A stretch of 44,148 nt of DNA from Candidatus Andersenbacteria bacterium RIFCSPHIGHO2_12_FULL_45_11b (GCA_001817115.1 MHHS01000032.1:11801-55948), one strand, 5' to 3'. Numbered from the stretch's first letter, positions 31,949 to 40,128 are shown. Numbers and translations: made by a program. The notes: generated by a model from the sequence alone, not told the origin.

Positions 31949-32968
31949 TTATGCAAGCGCGTACAGGTCGTTTTCTAATTTTCTAAACTTAGTGTTGTTT
32001 TGCAGGCTCAATAATACGGTGTTTTTCTTCACCATTCGCTGCTTCAGGACTGCTTGTACTAGCTCATCTTTTGACATCGGCTTAGTTGCTTCGCGCAAAA
32101 TAGATGCCAATACATCAGCGACAGTCCCTGCCATAAAGCCCCACTCTTTGAGACCGTACAGTCCGCGTCCTACTAATACGAATCGTCCATCTTTGATCAG
32201 TTCATTGTGAACTGTTTGCGGGTTTGCCTTTTTGTGATCGAATTCGGCGCTATTGATCATTTGAGTAATGTCTCGAAAATGTGCGGGCTTTCCGTGGCGT
32301 CGAAGAACGGCAAATGCTTTATCGCCAACTCCGCGAGGAGATGTTTCTGCCCAGCCCACTAATCCCCAATCTCCAAATGCTGTTGGAGAAATATTTTTGC
32401 TTGCATGCAATGCGGCATGAATATGAGTATTTGGAACTACTGCCCCCTGTGCTTGTGCTCGGATTTCATTTACTAGCTGCTCTAGTGCGATGGGAGCATT
32501 GTTCTTCTTAAGCACTTCCATTGCCATAACGACAATTTTTTCGATGTTATCGTGCAGCGATGCCGGGTGCTGCCAATGCGTCTCAAATAAAGAGTTTGGA
32601 GGTACGGGCGTAAATGATGGCAAAATTGTTAGGAAGAAATGAATGGTATGCGGATCAATTGGCATGCCGGTACGTTCTTCGACAACAGAGACAATGTGGC
32701 TTTCAGACATAAGACCGCCGTGCTCTGCAAAAATTTCAGCAAGCAAAAGCTCCGCTCCCCCAAGAATGTCTTGCATGGAAGTGAGTTCCTTCTTCGCGTT
32801 TGCTTCAATTTGGCGCACGCGTTCGCGAGTAATTCGATACTCTTTGCCAATGCTTTCGAGCGTCTCTTTCTCGTCTTTTTCAATGCCAAAACGGCGTACG
32901 ATAATATCGCGAGATCGGGCGTCGAGTCTCTGTAATGCGTCTTCGGTTAGCTGAGAAAAATTAATCAT
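31949..32968 (-). CDS. sigma-70 region-4-like HTH protein with C-terminal HARE-HTH-like winged-helix modules
   Basis: 339 aa. The N-terminus matches sigma region 4.2: RRFGIEKDEKETLESIGKEYRITRERVRQIEANAKKEL. The C-terminus has FRDITQMI...VHNELIKDGRFVLVGRGLYGLKEWGF, typical of HARE-HTH (RNAP delta-like). Sigma regions 2 and 3 are absent. Confidence 0.65.
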   Translation of the reverse strand: MINFSQLTEDALQRLDARSRDIIVRRFGIEKDEKETLESIGKEYRITRERVRQIEANAKKELTSMQDILGGAELLLAEIFAEHGGLMSESHIVSVVEERTGMPIDPHTIHFFLTILPSFTPVPPNSLFETHWQHPASLHDNIEKIVVMAMEVLKKNNAPIALEQLVNEIRAQAQGAVVPNTHIHAALHASKNISPTAFGDWGLVGWAETSPRGVGDKAFAVLRRHGKPAHFRDITQMINSAEFDHKKANPQTVHNELIKDGRFVLVGRGLYGLKEWGFMAGTVADVLASILREATKPMSKDELVQAVLKQRMVKKNTVLLSLQNNTKFRKLENDLYALA

Positions 32969-33077
32969 AATATTTTTTTAGCATATCATGTAAATATTGT
33001 CAATATAATACCAACAACTTATGACTATACTAAGTATTCTTTATTCTGTCTACTATGGTTGATAGTAATATTGTCAA
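32969..33077 (-). promoter_or_regulatory. AT-rich murC/HTH intergenic region with duplicated TTGACAATATT boxes and candidate promoters
   Basis: On the minus strand, TTGACAATATT occurs at 33077..33067 (overlapping the murC stop) and at 33003..32993. Candidate 1 is TTGACA(33003..32998)-17-TAAAAA(32980..32975), which would place the transcription start about at the ATG and give a leaderless mRNA. Candidate 2 is TAGACA(33052..33047)-17-TATAGT(33029..33024). Confidence 0.35.
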
Positions 33078-34318
33078 GATTGTTTGACAATAGCCCGCAT
33101 TCGCTCATCTAGCGTCCCTGCGCTGAATAATATGCCTATACTAGGCTGTTTATTAGCCAATAAGCCGGAAAGCTCGTTGTCGTCAAATTGGCATACGGCT
33201 GGCGTATTTTGCTGCGAAATTGCTTCTGCCAGCCTGTATGCATCCCGCAGGGTTTGCTCGTCTCTCCCTGCTGGAGTGAATGGTTTTGTAATAATTACTT
33301 CATCTGCTTGTGCAAGTGCAGACGCAAAATCATCGAAAAATGCATGGAGGCGTTGAGGCATATGAGCCTCGAAAATAGCTATAATGCGCGTTTCTGGCGC
33401 AAATTCACGCGCTCCTTGCAACGTTGCTCGTATTTCCGCGGGGTGATGGCCATAATCTGAGCGAATTACCGTATTCCCTATGTCTCCAATATATTCAAAT
33501 CTGCGACCTAGGCCTGGAAATGTTTTTAGTGATGAAACTGCTTGCGCGCGCGGAACTCCGATTTTTTCTGCAAGTGCAACTGCAAGCGACGCATTTGTTC
33601 TCATGTGCGCACCTGGAATGAGCACTGCAACATCAGCTGCTTGATCGGCTGGGATTGGGTGCGTAGATTCGGGCCATGCAATAGTTTGATGTGCTCGATA
33701 TTCTATTTCCGGAACAAATACCGCTCCTTTGCTTTGCAATTGCTGCATGAAATGCTCATACGATTTTTCAACATCTTGCAAAGAGGAAAATGCATCAGGA
33801 TGGTCATAGTCTATGGATGTAATAATAATTTCGCTGGGGTGCAGTTCGTAAAAATGATTGCGGTACTCATCTGCTTCCACAATAAAGTAAGCTCCTTTTC
33901 CTAATTGCGCGTGTTTACCCGCAAGCGATGGCATAGAAGCGCCAAGCAAAACGGTTGGGTCAAGGCCGGCCGAGATAAGAATGTGGGCTAAAAAGGCCGT
34001 AGTAGAAGACTTTCCGTGTGTGCCTGTTACTGCCAGCGTTGCGTATCGCTGAGAAAATTTCCCGAGCGCTTCGTGGTATCCGTATTCTGGAATCTTATGT
34101 GCGCGCGCTGCGGCGCGCAACACATGATCCTTTGGAGCTGCGTCGGTATACACAACATATTGTGCTGTGTGCATTGCATCAGTTGCCTCTGCGAGCGTGC
34201 ATCGAGTGAGCCCAGGAGCGTCGTCGTACCCGATAATGCAATTTCCTTGCTGTTCAAGAAGATACGCTAATCCGCGCATGCCCGAACCGCCGATTCCGAT
34301 AAAAAGTATTGGTTGCAT
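33074..34318 (-). CDS. murC: UDP-N-acetylmuramate--L-alanine ligase
   Basis: 414 aa. Mur ligase motifs are present (FIGIGGSGMRGLAYLL, VTGTHGKSSTTAFLAHIL). It lies downstream of murG in a dcw arrangement. Confidence 0.88.
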   Translation of the reverse strand: MQPILFIGIGGSGMRGLAYLLEQQGNCIIGYDDAPGLTRCTLAEATDAMHTAQYVVYTDAAPKDHVLRAAARAHKIPEYGYHEALGKFSQRYATLAVTGTHGKSSTTAFLAHILISAGLDPTVLLGASMPSLAGKHAQLGKGAYFIVEADEYRNHFYELHPSEIIITSIDYDHPDAFSSLQDVEKSYEHFMQQLQSKGAVFVPEIEYRAHQTIAWPESTHPIPADQAADVAVLIPGAHMRTNASLAVALAEKIGVPRAQAVSSLKTFPGLGRRFEYIGDIGNTVIRSDYGHHPAEIRATLQGAREFAPETRIIAIFEAHMPQRLHAFFDDFASALAQADEVIITKPFTPAGRDEQTLRDAYRLAEAISQQNTPAVCQFDDNELSGLLANKQPSIGILFSAGTLDERMRAIVKQS

Positions 34319-34321
34319 AGG

Positions 34322-35497
34322 CTATTTGCTGCTTGGAAGGTACCCGCTTGCAAGTTCGAGCGCAAGGGTAGCAATATCCTTAGCGGCATTGGGGAAATCA
34401 AGCGCCTCGATATTTTTTATAATGGCAGTGCGCAATTCCTGATCAGTAATAAGTCGTTCAATGTCCTGCGATAACAAATGCGTTGTAACATTGCTGGGGT
34501 CTAATACAAGCGCTGCTCCTGCTGCCTCGAAAGCCAGTGCATTTTTTCTTTGATGATCATTCGCGGCGCCTGCAAGCGGGATGATGAGTGCAGGTATTTT
34601 CATGCGCGCAATTTCTGCAAGGCTGCTCGCCCCCGCGCGTGTCACCGCACTATCGCTTGCCATCAGTGCACGAGTCATATCAGCGCCCTTCAAGCGTGCA
34701 AAGGCCTTATACATCTGTTTGCGAGGTGATTGTGCAAGAAATTCTTCCGCAACCTTTGCGATAGCAACATGATGCGCTTCCCCCGTGATATGGATAATCG
34801 CCATGTCTTTGATGAGCGTAGGGAGCGAAGTAATGAGAGTGTCGTTGATTTGCTGTGCGCCTTGACTGCCCCCCATAACCAATAGCACGTGTTCAGATTC
34901 TGCAAAGCCAAAGGATTTTTTCGATTCTTTCTTTTGATCATGTGCAAGAAGTGTTCGAGTAGGCGTTCCTGTGACGAATATTTTTTTCAGGTATGGCTGT
35001 AAATATTCTCGCGAAACTGCAAATCCCAGGGTAATTGCTGAAGCAAAGCGCATCGTAAACGCATTAGCCCTGCCAGGCGTCGCATCGGATTCGTGCAACA
35101 GTATTGGGATTCTGTAAAATATTGCTGACAGAATAACAGGAATGCTTCCGTATCCTCCCTTGCTTACCACGACATCGGGCATAATGCTCCACATGCGCGC
35201 TAAGGCAACAAGGGTGCCGAAGGGCAGTTTGAAAGCAATATCAATAATATTCATCCCCGACGCATACCTTCGTAATTTCCCAGAGGGGATGTTGTGTATC
35301 GCAACGCCATAGCGATCAAAAAATTCTTTCCCTTCAGGAGTTACTACTCCTAAAAAAGAAAGCTCCAATACTTCTGGATCGGTAAAGCTCGGAATTGAGT
35401 GCTGTTTTTCCGTGTATTGCATACGGATCGCCTCAATAATAGATTCGAATGGCATAATGTGCCCGCCCGTTCCTCCGCCTGTAAATACAATGCGCAT
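34322..35497 (-). CDS. murG: lipid II-forming UDP-GlcNAc transferase MurG
   Basis: 391 aa. It has the N-terminal GGTGGH motif, a C-terminal GT28 domain (VLLVMGGSQGAQQIN, RAGASSLAEI) and dcw context. Confidence 0.92.
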   Translation of the reverse strand: MRIVFTGGGTGGHIMPFESIIEAIRMQYTEKQHSIPSFTDPEVLELSFLGVVTPEGKEFFDRYGVAIHNIPSGKLRRYASGMNIIDIAFKLPFGTLVALARMWSIMPDVVVSKGGYGSIPVILSAIFYRIPILLHESDATPGRANAFTMRFASAITLGFAVSREYLQPYLKKIFVTGTPTRTLLAHDQKKESKKSFGFAESEHVLLVMGGSQGAQQINDTLITSLPTLIKDMAIIHITGEAHHVAIAKVAEEFLAQSPRKQMYKAFARLKGADMTRALMASDSAVTRAGASSLAEIARMKIPALIIPLAGAANDHQRKNALAFEAAGAALVLDPSNVTTHLLSQDIERLITDQELRTAIIKNIEALDFPNAAKDIATLALELASGYLPSSK

Positions 35498-35500
35498 AGT

Positions 35501-36619
35501 TTATTTAGAGATGTGCTTAGAGATATTTAACAACACTCCTGACGCAAAGAGAAGGGTTATAAGTGCCGATCCGCCGTAGCTGATGAATGGCAGTGGAATT
35601 CCGGTAAGAGGGGTGATGGCTAATACAGAAGCCATATTTACAAATGCTTGTATTAAAATCCATGACGTAATGCCCGTTGCAAGAAGGCGTCCGAATGTAT
35701 CAGGAGCAGCCTCCGCGATTTTATATCCGCGATATACAATTACTGCAAAGGTGAGCAGCAATATGAGTATTCTGATAAAACCGAGCTCTTCCGACATGAT
35801 TGCAAAAATTGTATCCCCTGCCGGTTCCGGAAGATAGCTGTATTTTTGCCTGCTTCTGCCAAATCCTAATCCCCATAATCCACCTGTGCCCACCGCAAGC
35901 AATGCCTGATTAATTTGATATCCGATGCCTTGCGGGTCAAGCTCTGGATGCAAATATACAAATAACCGCGCAAGTCGATATTGTGCCGTGCTGACTAAAA
36001 TGGAAAATGCAGCCACGCCGCCTAGTCCGATAAGTGCTAAATGTCGCAGGCGAAAACCAGCAGAAAACACCATTGTGGCTCCGATTACGGTAATAGTAAA
36101 TAAGGTTCCGATGTCTGGCTGTAAGATAATAAGCAAGCTGATAACTCCAGTAATAACTAAGAACGGTACTACGCTTTTTTTGAAATCTTTGATGTCGGAT
36201 CCCTTTCGTTCGAGCAGCGCAGCTAGGTAAAGAATAAATCCAAGCTTTGCGATTTCACTTGGCTGTACGGTGATAGGTCCAACTCCGATCCAGCGAGCAG
36301 ACCCTCCGGATACTACTTTTAATCCCGGAACGAATACGAGGACGAGCAAAACTAATGCCATCAAAATGGCGGGTACCGCAACTGTGCGAAGTTTTGTGTA
36401 TGGCGTGTAAAATCCTATGAGAAATGCCACAACTCCAAACAGGAATCCGTATAGTAGCTGATGTTTTAGAAAGTAGAACGGATCATCTCTGAATTGCTCT
36501 GCTAACACGGAAGATGCTGAGCCAACCATAATAAGCCCGAATACCACAAGTCCGAAGATTGCCACTAAAAGGATTCCGTCTGCCCGCCCCTTTGCATGAG
36601 CCATGCTGGTAGTATACAT
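35501..36619 (-). CDS. ftsW: SEDS-family peptidoglycan polymerase FtsW
   Basis: 372 aa with about 10 TM helices and SEDS motifs (QPSEIAKLGFILYLA, LPEPAGDTIFAIMSEELGF, ISYGGSALI). It sits between murD and murG. ATG 36604 is an alternative start. Confidence 0.88.
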   Translation of the reverse strand: MYTTSMAHAKGRADGILLVAIFGLVVFGLIMVGSASSVLAEQFRDDPFYFLKHQLLYGFLFGVVAFLIGFYTPYTKLRTVAVPAILMALVLLVLVFVPGLKVVSGGSARWIGVGPITVQPSEIAKLGFILYLAALLERKGSDIKDFKKSVVPFLVITGVISLLIILQPDIGTLFTITVIGATMVFSAGFRLRHLALIGLGGVAAFSILVSTAQYRLARLFVYLHPELDPQGIGYQINQALLAVGTGGLWGLGFGRSRQKYSYLPEPAGDTIFAIMSEELGFIRILILLLTFAVIVYRGYKIAEAAPDTFGRLLATGITSWILIQAFVNMASVLAITPLTGIPLPFISYGGSALITLLFASGVLLNISKHISK

Positions 36620-36620
36620 G

Positions 36621-36650
36621 AAAAAACCCCGGGCGGATTGCGCGGGGTTT
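36621..36650 (-). terminator. rho-independent terminator after the 119-aa orphan, abutting the ftsW start codon
   Basis: The minus strand reads CCCCGCGCaatccGCCCGGGG (7 bp plus one mismatch) followed by TTTTTT. The T-tract ends 1 nt before the ftsW ATG at 36619. Confidence 0.55.
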
Positions 36651-36656
36651 GACAGC

Positions 36657-37016
36657 TTACTCTACGGTCTCGACGCGGCAGAATCTGTTGAACTCAGGAC
36701 AGTTCATACTCACAACTCGATGCAATGCAGTATGCTTGAATTTGTCGTAAAGATAGTTAATCACTGCAAATGCCGTCAGTTCAAGTCGCAGACGTTGTTC
36801 GTACCCCGGTTTATTCGCAAGTTCAATTTGTATGACTGCCAAGTGTTTGTATAGCCAGTTTGTGTCGCTATACGGCATATTGGATACATTTTGCCTTGCT
36901 TGGTTAAGGGCGTTATGGCGATCTCGTTGATAGCCCGAACCCTCTTTTCGTAATATCCAAGCCCCATCAAAGCGTTCAAGGTATTTCGAAATCGGCGAAA
37001 CCGTTTGTGTGGACAT
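36657..37016 (-). CDS. hypothetical protein (orphan) inserted in the dcw cluster
   Basis: I take the start at ATG 37016 (MSTQTVSPISKYLERF..), preceded by GAGGG; the track ORF starts 2 codons earlier at TTG. I recognise no domain. Confidence 0.45.
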   Translation of the reverse strand: MSTQTVSPISKYLERFDGAWILRKEGSGYQRDRHNALNQARQNVSNMPYSDTNWLYKHLAVIQIELANKPGYEQRLRLELTAFAVINYLYDKFKHTALHRVVSMNCPEFNRFCRVETVE

Positions 37017-37071
37017 CTGCAAGTTCCCTCTATTTTTTACTACAATGTGCGATCAGTGAAAACCCGAAGCA

Positions 37072-37100
37072 AGTATGCATACGGCATACAAAAAAGTCAA
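37072..37100 (-). promoter_or_regulatory. candidate promoter of the 119-aa orphan
   Basis: The minus strand has TTGACT (37100..37095), a 17-nt spacer, and CATACT (37077..37072). The -35 box overlaps the T-tract of the upstream terminator. Confidence 0.35.
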
Positions 37101-37134
37101 AAAAATCCCCCTGAACATCCGTGTTCGAAGGGGG
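37097..37134 (-). terminator. rho-independent terminator after the 130-aa orphan
   Basis: The minus strand reads CCCCCT-tc-GAACAcggaTGTTC-AGGGGG (6+5 bp) followed by ATTTTTTTGACTTTTTT. It starts 9 nt after the TAA at 37143-37145. Confidence 0.65.
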
Positions 37135-37142
37135 CTCGTGGA

Positions 37143-37535
37143 TTACTGGATTGGATGATTCTCCAAAAGCTCTCGCACCGTAGGGCAATGGCAGGCTATT
37201 CCAATTTGCTGAATTATTTTACGGGCATACACAGAGCCAGGTGTCGGTTCAAGGTATGCTCTAATAAACATGGATAATAGTACGCATTGAGTATAGTATT
37301 GTTCCGTTTCATCGGGATTTGTTCGGAGTATTTCAACGCTTTCCGCTGCTCCCTCGATAAGATTCAGCAAAACATTCTGGTCTTCAATTCTTGCCTCGAT
37401 AATCGGTAGGGCGCGTTTGATGTTAAAATACACAGAAATTTCTAGGCGCCCGCCGTGCATTTTTGATTGTGAAACTCTATTCCACAAAACGCTTCTCATC
37501 GCTTTACCGAAGTGCGGAGACAATTGAATCGCCAT
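37143..37535 (-). CDS. hypothetical protein (orphan) inserted in the dcw cluster
   Basis: 130 aa. The ATG is preceded by AAGGAG with 7-nt spacing. I recognise no domain. Confidence 0.5.
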   Translation of the reverse strand: MAIQLSPHFGKAMRSVLWNRVSQSKMHGGRLEISVYFNIKRALPIIEARIEDQNVLLNLIEGAAESVEILRTNPDETEQYYTQCVLLSMFIRAYLEPTPGSVYARKIIQQIGIACHCPTVRELLENHPIQ

Positions 37536-37587
37536 CGTATCGCTCCTTGATTAGTGATGGAAAGGACAGTTCGTACCCAGTAGTTTT

Positions 37588-37615
37588 ACTATACTCTCCT
37601 ATCGCAATTGTTCAA
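37588..37615 (-). promoter_or_regulatory. candidate promoter of the 130-aa orphan, overlapping the murD stop codon
   Basis: The minus strand has TTGAAC (37615..37610), a 16-nt spacer, and TATAGT (37593..37588). Confidence 0.4.
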
Positions 37616-39059
37616 CAGTGGAAATAAATGCATCCCCTCGATCGAATTCATGGAGAAATAATCCAAAGCTAGTAGCTCCTGGGGAAAGGATTACCGCATC
37701 GCCCGCTTGAGCTAATTTTTGCGCAAGTATTACTGCTTCTTGCATAGTAGCTATGTCATGCATTTGCGCGCTGGTATGCGAACGAATCGCTTGCTGCATG
37801 CGGAGCGTCGCTGTTCCTGGGAGCCAGATGAGATGCTTTAGATTTTTATGCTCAGATATAGCATGCGCAAGACTTGTAAATTCAAGAGCCTTATCAGAAC
37901 CCCCAAGAATAAGGATGAGAGGTTTCTCTTGCATCGTGGTAAGCGCGGCTATCGTCGCATCGGGCATTGTTGCCGTCGTGTCGTTAATATATTGCACGCC
38001 GTTCAATTCTCGGACCAATTGCATGCGATGTTGCAGCTGCGGAATTGAGCGTACCGTTTGCTGTATGGTTTCTGGCGATGCGCCAAACAATACTGCGAGC
38101 AATATGGCCGGCAACTTGTTGCGAAGCTCATGCGGCGATGTGTGGGGGATGTCGGAGACTTTGCAGATTTTTGCAGATGTTTTGCTGGTGTTGTTATGCC
38201 CGACCTGATCGGGCATCCACGTCGTCGATTCCTGGATTCCCGCCTTCGCGGGAATGACATTGCCACAGACACTATCATTATCAATCCAAATCCCTCGCAA
38301 ATTACTTGGCAATGGCTTTAGTGAATACCAGTATAATTCCCCTCGTACATCCTGTTCCCATGTTCGGATAATTTCATCATCATAATTTAAAATCGCAATG
38401 TCGTTTTCTGTTTGATCTGCAATAATTTGTTTTTTTGCCTGAATATAATCCTCGTACGAATTGTATGTATTCAAATGGTCTTGATATATGGATGTGCATA
38501 TTGCAATGTGCGGGCTGGCATGAACTTCTTGCAAGGCTTCTAAGCGCCAGCTAGAAAGTTCAAAGACGATGGGAGCAGAGGAGAGGAGTGTTAGCGTCCC
38601 CAACGGCGATACGCCGTCTACGCCAACTGCTATTGTCTCTGAAATAATGCTTTTTAATATGTGATAGATTGCATGCGACGTAGTTGTTTTGCCTTTCGAT
38701 CCGGTAATGCCGATAATGCGTTTTCTGCCGACTTGATCGAAGAATATATTGCTGTCCATTACAACGGGGATATTTTTTTCACGGGCCTTTTGTAGAATAA
38801 CGGCTTTGCGCGGAACTGCCGGATTTCGCAAAATCATATCAACGCCATCTAAACTAATTTCATCTTGACTACCAAATAGATATTCTATACCAGGTATATT
38901 TGAAAGTTTTTGAATAGACGTTTCTAGTTGTTCTCGTGATTTTGTATCTGAAACAGTAATGCGCGCGCCTTGCGATGCAAGCCATGTAATATTTCCCACT
39001 GCTCCACCATGTAAACCTAATCCGAGAACGAGGACATGCTTGCCGGAAAAAGAACCCAT
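37599..39059 (-). CDS. murD: UDP-N-acetylmuramoylalanine--D-glutamate ligase with an in-frame repeat insertion
   Basis: I prefer the start at ATG 39059 (MGSFSGKHVLVLGLGLHGG), 1 nt after the mraY stop; the track start at 39077 is a TTG. Mur ligase motifs are present (GITGSKGKTTTSHAIYHIL, NDTTATMPDATIAAL). Residues VIPAKAGIQESTTWMPDQVGHNN are encoded by repeat A6. Confidence 0.9.
   Translation of the reverse strand: MGSFSGKHVLVLGLGLHGGAVGNITWLASQGARITVSDTKSREQLETSIQKLSNIPGIEYLFGSQDEISLDGVDMILRNPAVPRKAVILQKAREKNIPVVMDSNIFFDQVGRKRIIGITGSKGKTTTSHAIYHILKSIISETIAVGVDGVSPLGTLTLLSSAPIVFELSSWRLEALQEVHASPHIAICTSIYQDHLNTYNSYEDYIQAKKQIIADQTENDIAILNYDDEIIRTWEQDVRGELYWYSLKPLPSNLRGIWIDNDSVCGNVIPAKAGIQESTTWMPDQVGHNNTSKTSAKICKVSDIPHTSPHELRNKLPAILLAVLFGASPETIQQTVRSIPQLQHRMQLVRELNGVQYINDTTATMPDATIAALTTMQEKPLILILGGSDKALEFTSLAHAISEHKNLKHLIWLPGTATLRMQQAIRSHTSAQMHDIATMQEAVILAQKLAQAGDAVILSPGATSFGLFLHEFDRGDAFISTVEQLR
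38192..38259. repeat. family-A palindromic element (A6) inside murD
   Basis: Sequence: TGTTATGCCCGacctgatCGGGCATCCACGTCGTCGATTCCTGGATTCCCGccttcgCGGGAATGACA. The core CCACGTCGTCGATT..CTGGATTCC is nearly identical to copy A2. Confidence 0.85.
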
Positions 39060-39060
39060 A

Positions 39061-40128
39061 TTACGAACCCATTCCAAGCAAGCCGATCACTAGCCCGATG
39101 CTCGCAGATACGGCAGACAAAATCCAGAACCGCATCGTTACTTTTGTCTCCGGCCATCCGAGCGCTTCAAAATGATGATGAATGGGCGTAGAAAGAAACA
39201 CTTTTGAGTGAAATAGCTTTTTCGATGTCATTTGAATGATGACAGATAAAGATTCTATGACCAGGGGAAATGCAATAATCGGGAGCACGAGCGCAGAATT
39301 CGTAAGCATCGCGATAATTCCCAACGTAGTGCCTAGGCTCATGGCGCCCGTATCGCCCATAAAGAATCGTGCGGGATATACGTTAAACCATAAAAAAGCT
39401 AGAATGCCGCCTCCTATTGCGGCGCAGAGCATAGAAAGTTCAATTCTGCCCATCGCAAATGCTAACGCAGTGTATGCTCCGAAGGAAAACAGCAAAACGC
39501 CGCCTGCCAGGCCATCTAGCCCGTCTGTTTCGTTCACAGAAAATGCAGTAGAAACGATGACGAGCATGAATAGAGGAATGTACCACCAGCCGATTTCAAA
39601 ATCCCCGATTCCCGGAACGTGTATAGTGCTCCAATCAAGCTTAGTGTAAAACCACCACGCGCCGAATGCTGCAACCATTACATAGAGCAAAAGGCGATGC
39701 TTCATGCGCAGCCCACCGCCGTGCGGGCCTTTTCCGCGTACATTCAAGTAATCGTCAACAAGCCCCACGAGCGCAGAAGCCACAAGCGCGCCGAGCGGAA
39801 GCAGGGTTTGCGGTCTGCTTAAAAAGCTTAGCGCATGCGTAAAGCTGGATGGAAATAATTCGTTGAGCACCCAAAAGAGCAGTGCAAGCAGAGCTACTGT
39901 ACCCCAAATAATAATGCCTCCGCCCACAGGCGTACCCGCCTTTTTTGCGTGAAGTTTAGAGTATAATGGCGTGTTCCCTGTATTTCTGATATTCTTTCCG
40001 AATTTATAAATATAGAGCACGTTGGTGAGTGCCGGTGTCAAAATAAACGCAAGTAAAAACGTCAGCGTGCCGATTCCTACAACGCGAGTGACGTTTACTA
40101 CTAAATATGGATCCGAAAATGCAATCAT
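39061..40128 (-). CDS. mraY: phospho-N-acetylmuramoyl-pentapeptide transferase MraY
   Basis: I prefer the start at ATG 40128, which forms an ATGA overlap with the upstream stop; the track start at 40134 is a GTG. The protein is polytopic with MraY motifs (VDDYLNVRGKG, NETDGLDGLAGG, GDTGAMSLG, HHHFEALGWPE). Confidence 0.94.
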   Translation of the reverse strand: MIAFSDPYLVVNVTRVVGIGTLTFLLAFILTPALTNVLYIYKFGKNIRNTGNTPLYSKLHAKKAGTPVGGGIIIWGTVALLALLFWVLNELFPSSFTHALSFLSRPQTLLPLGALVASALVGLVDDYLNVRGKGPHGGGLRMKHRLLLYVMVAAFGAWWFYTKLDWSTIHVPGIGDFEIGWWYIPLFMLVIVSTAFSVNETDGLDGLAGGVLLFSFGAYTALAFAMGRIELSMLCAAIGGGILAFLWFNVYPARFFMGDTGAMSLGTTLGIIAMLTNSALVLPIIAFPLVIESLSVIIQMTSKKLFHSKVFLSTPIHHHFEALGWPETKVTMRFWILSAVSASIGLVIGLLGMGS

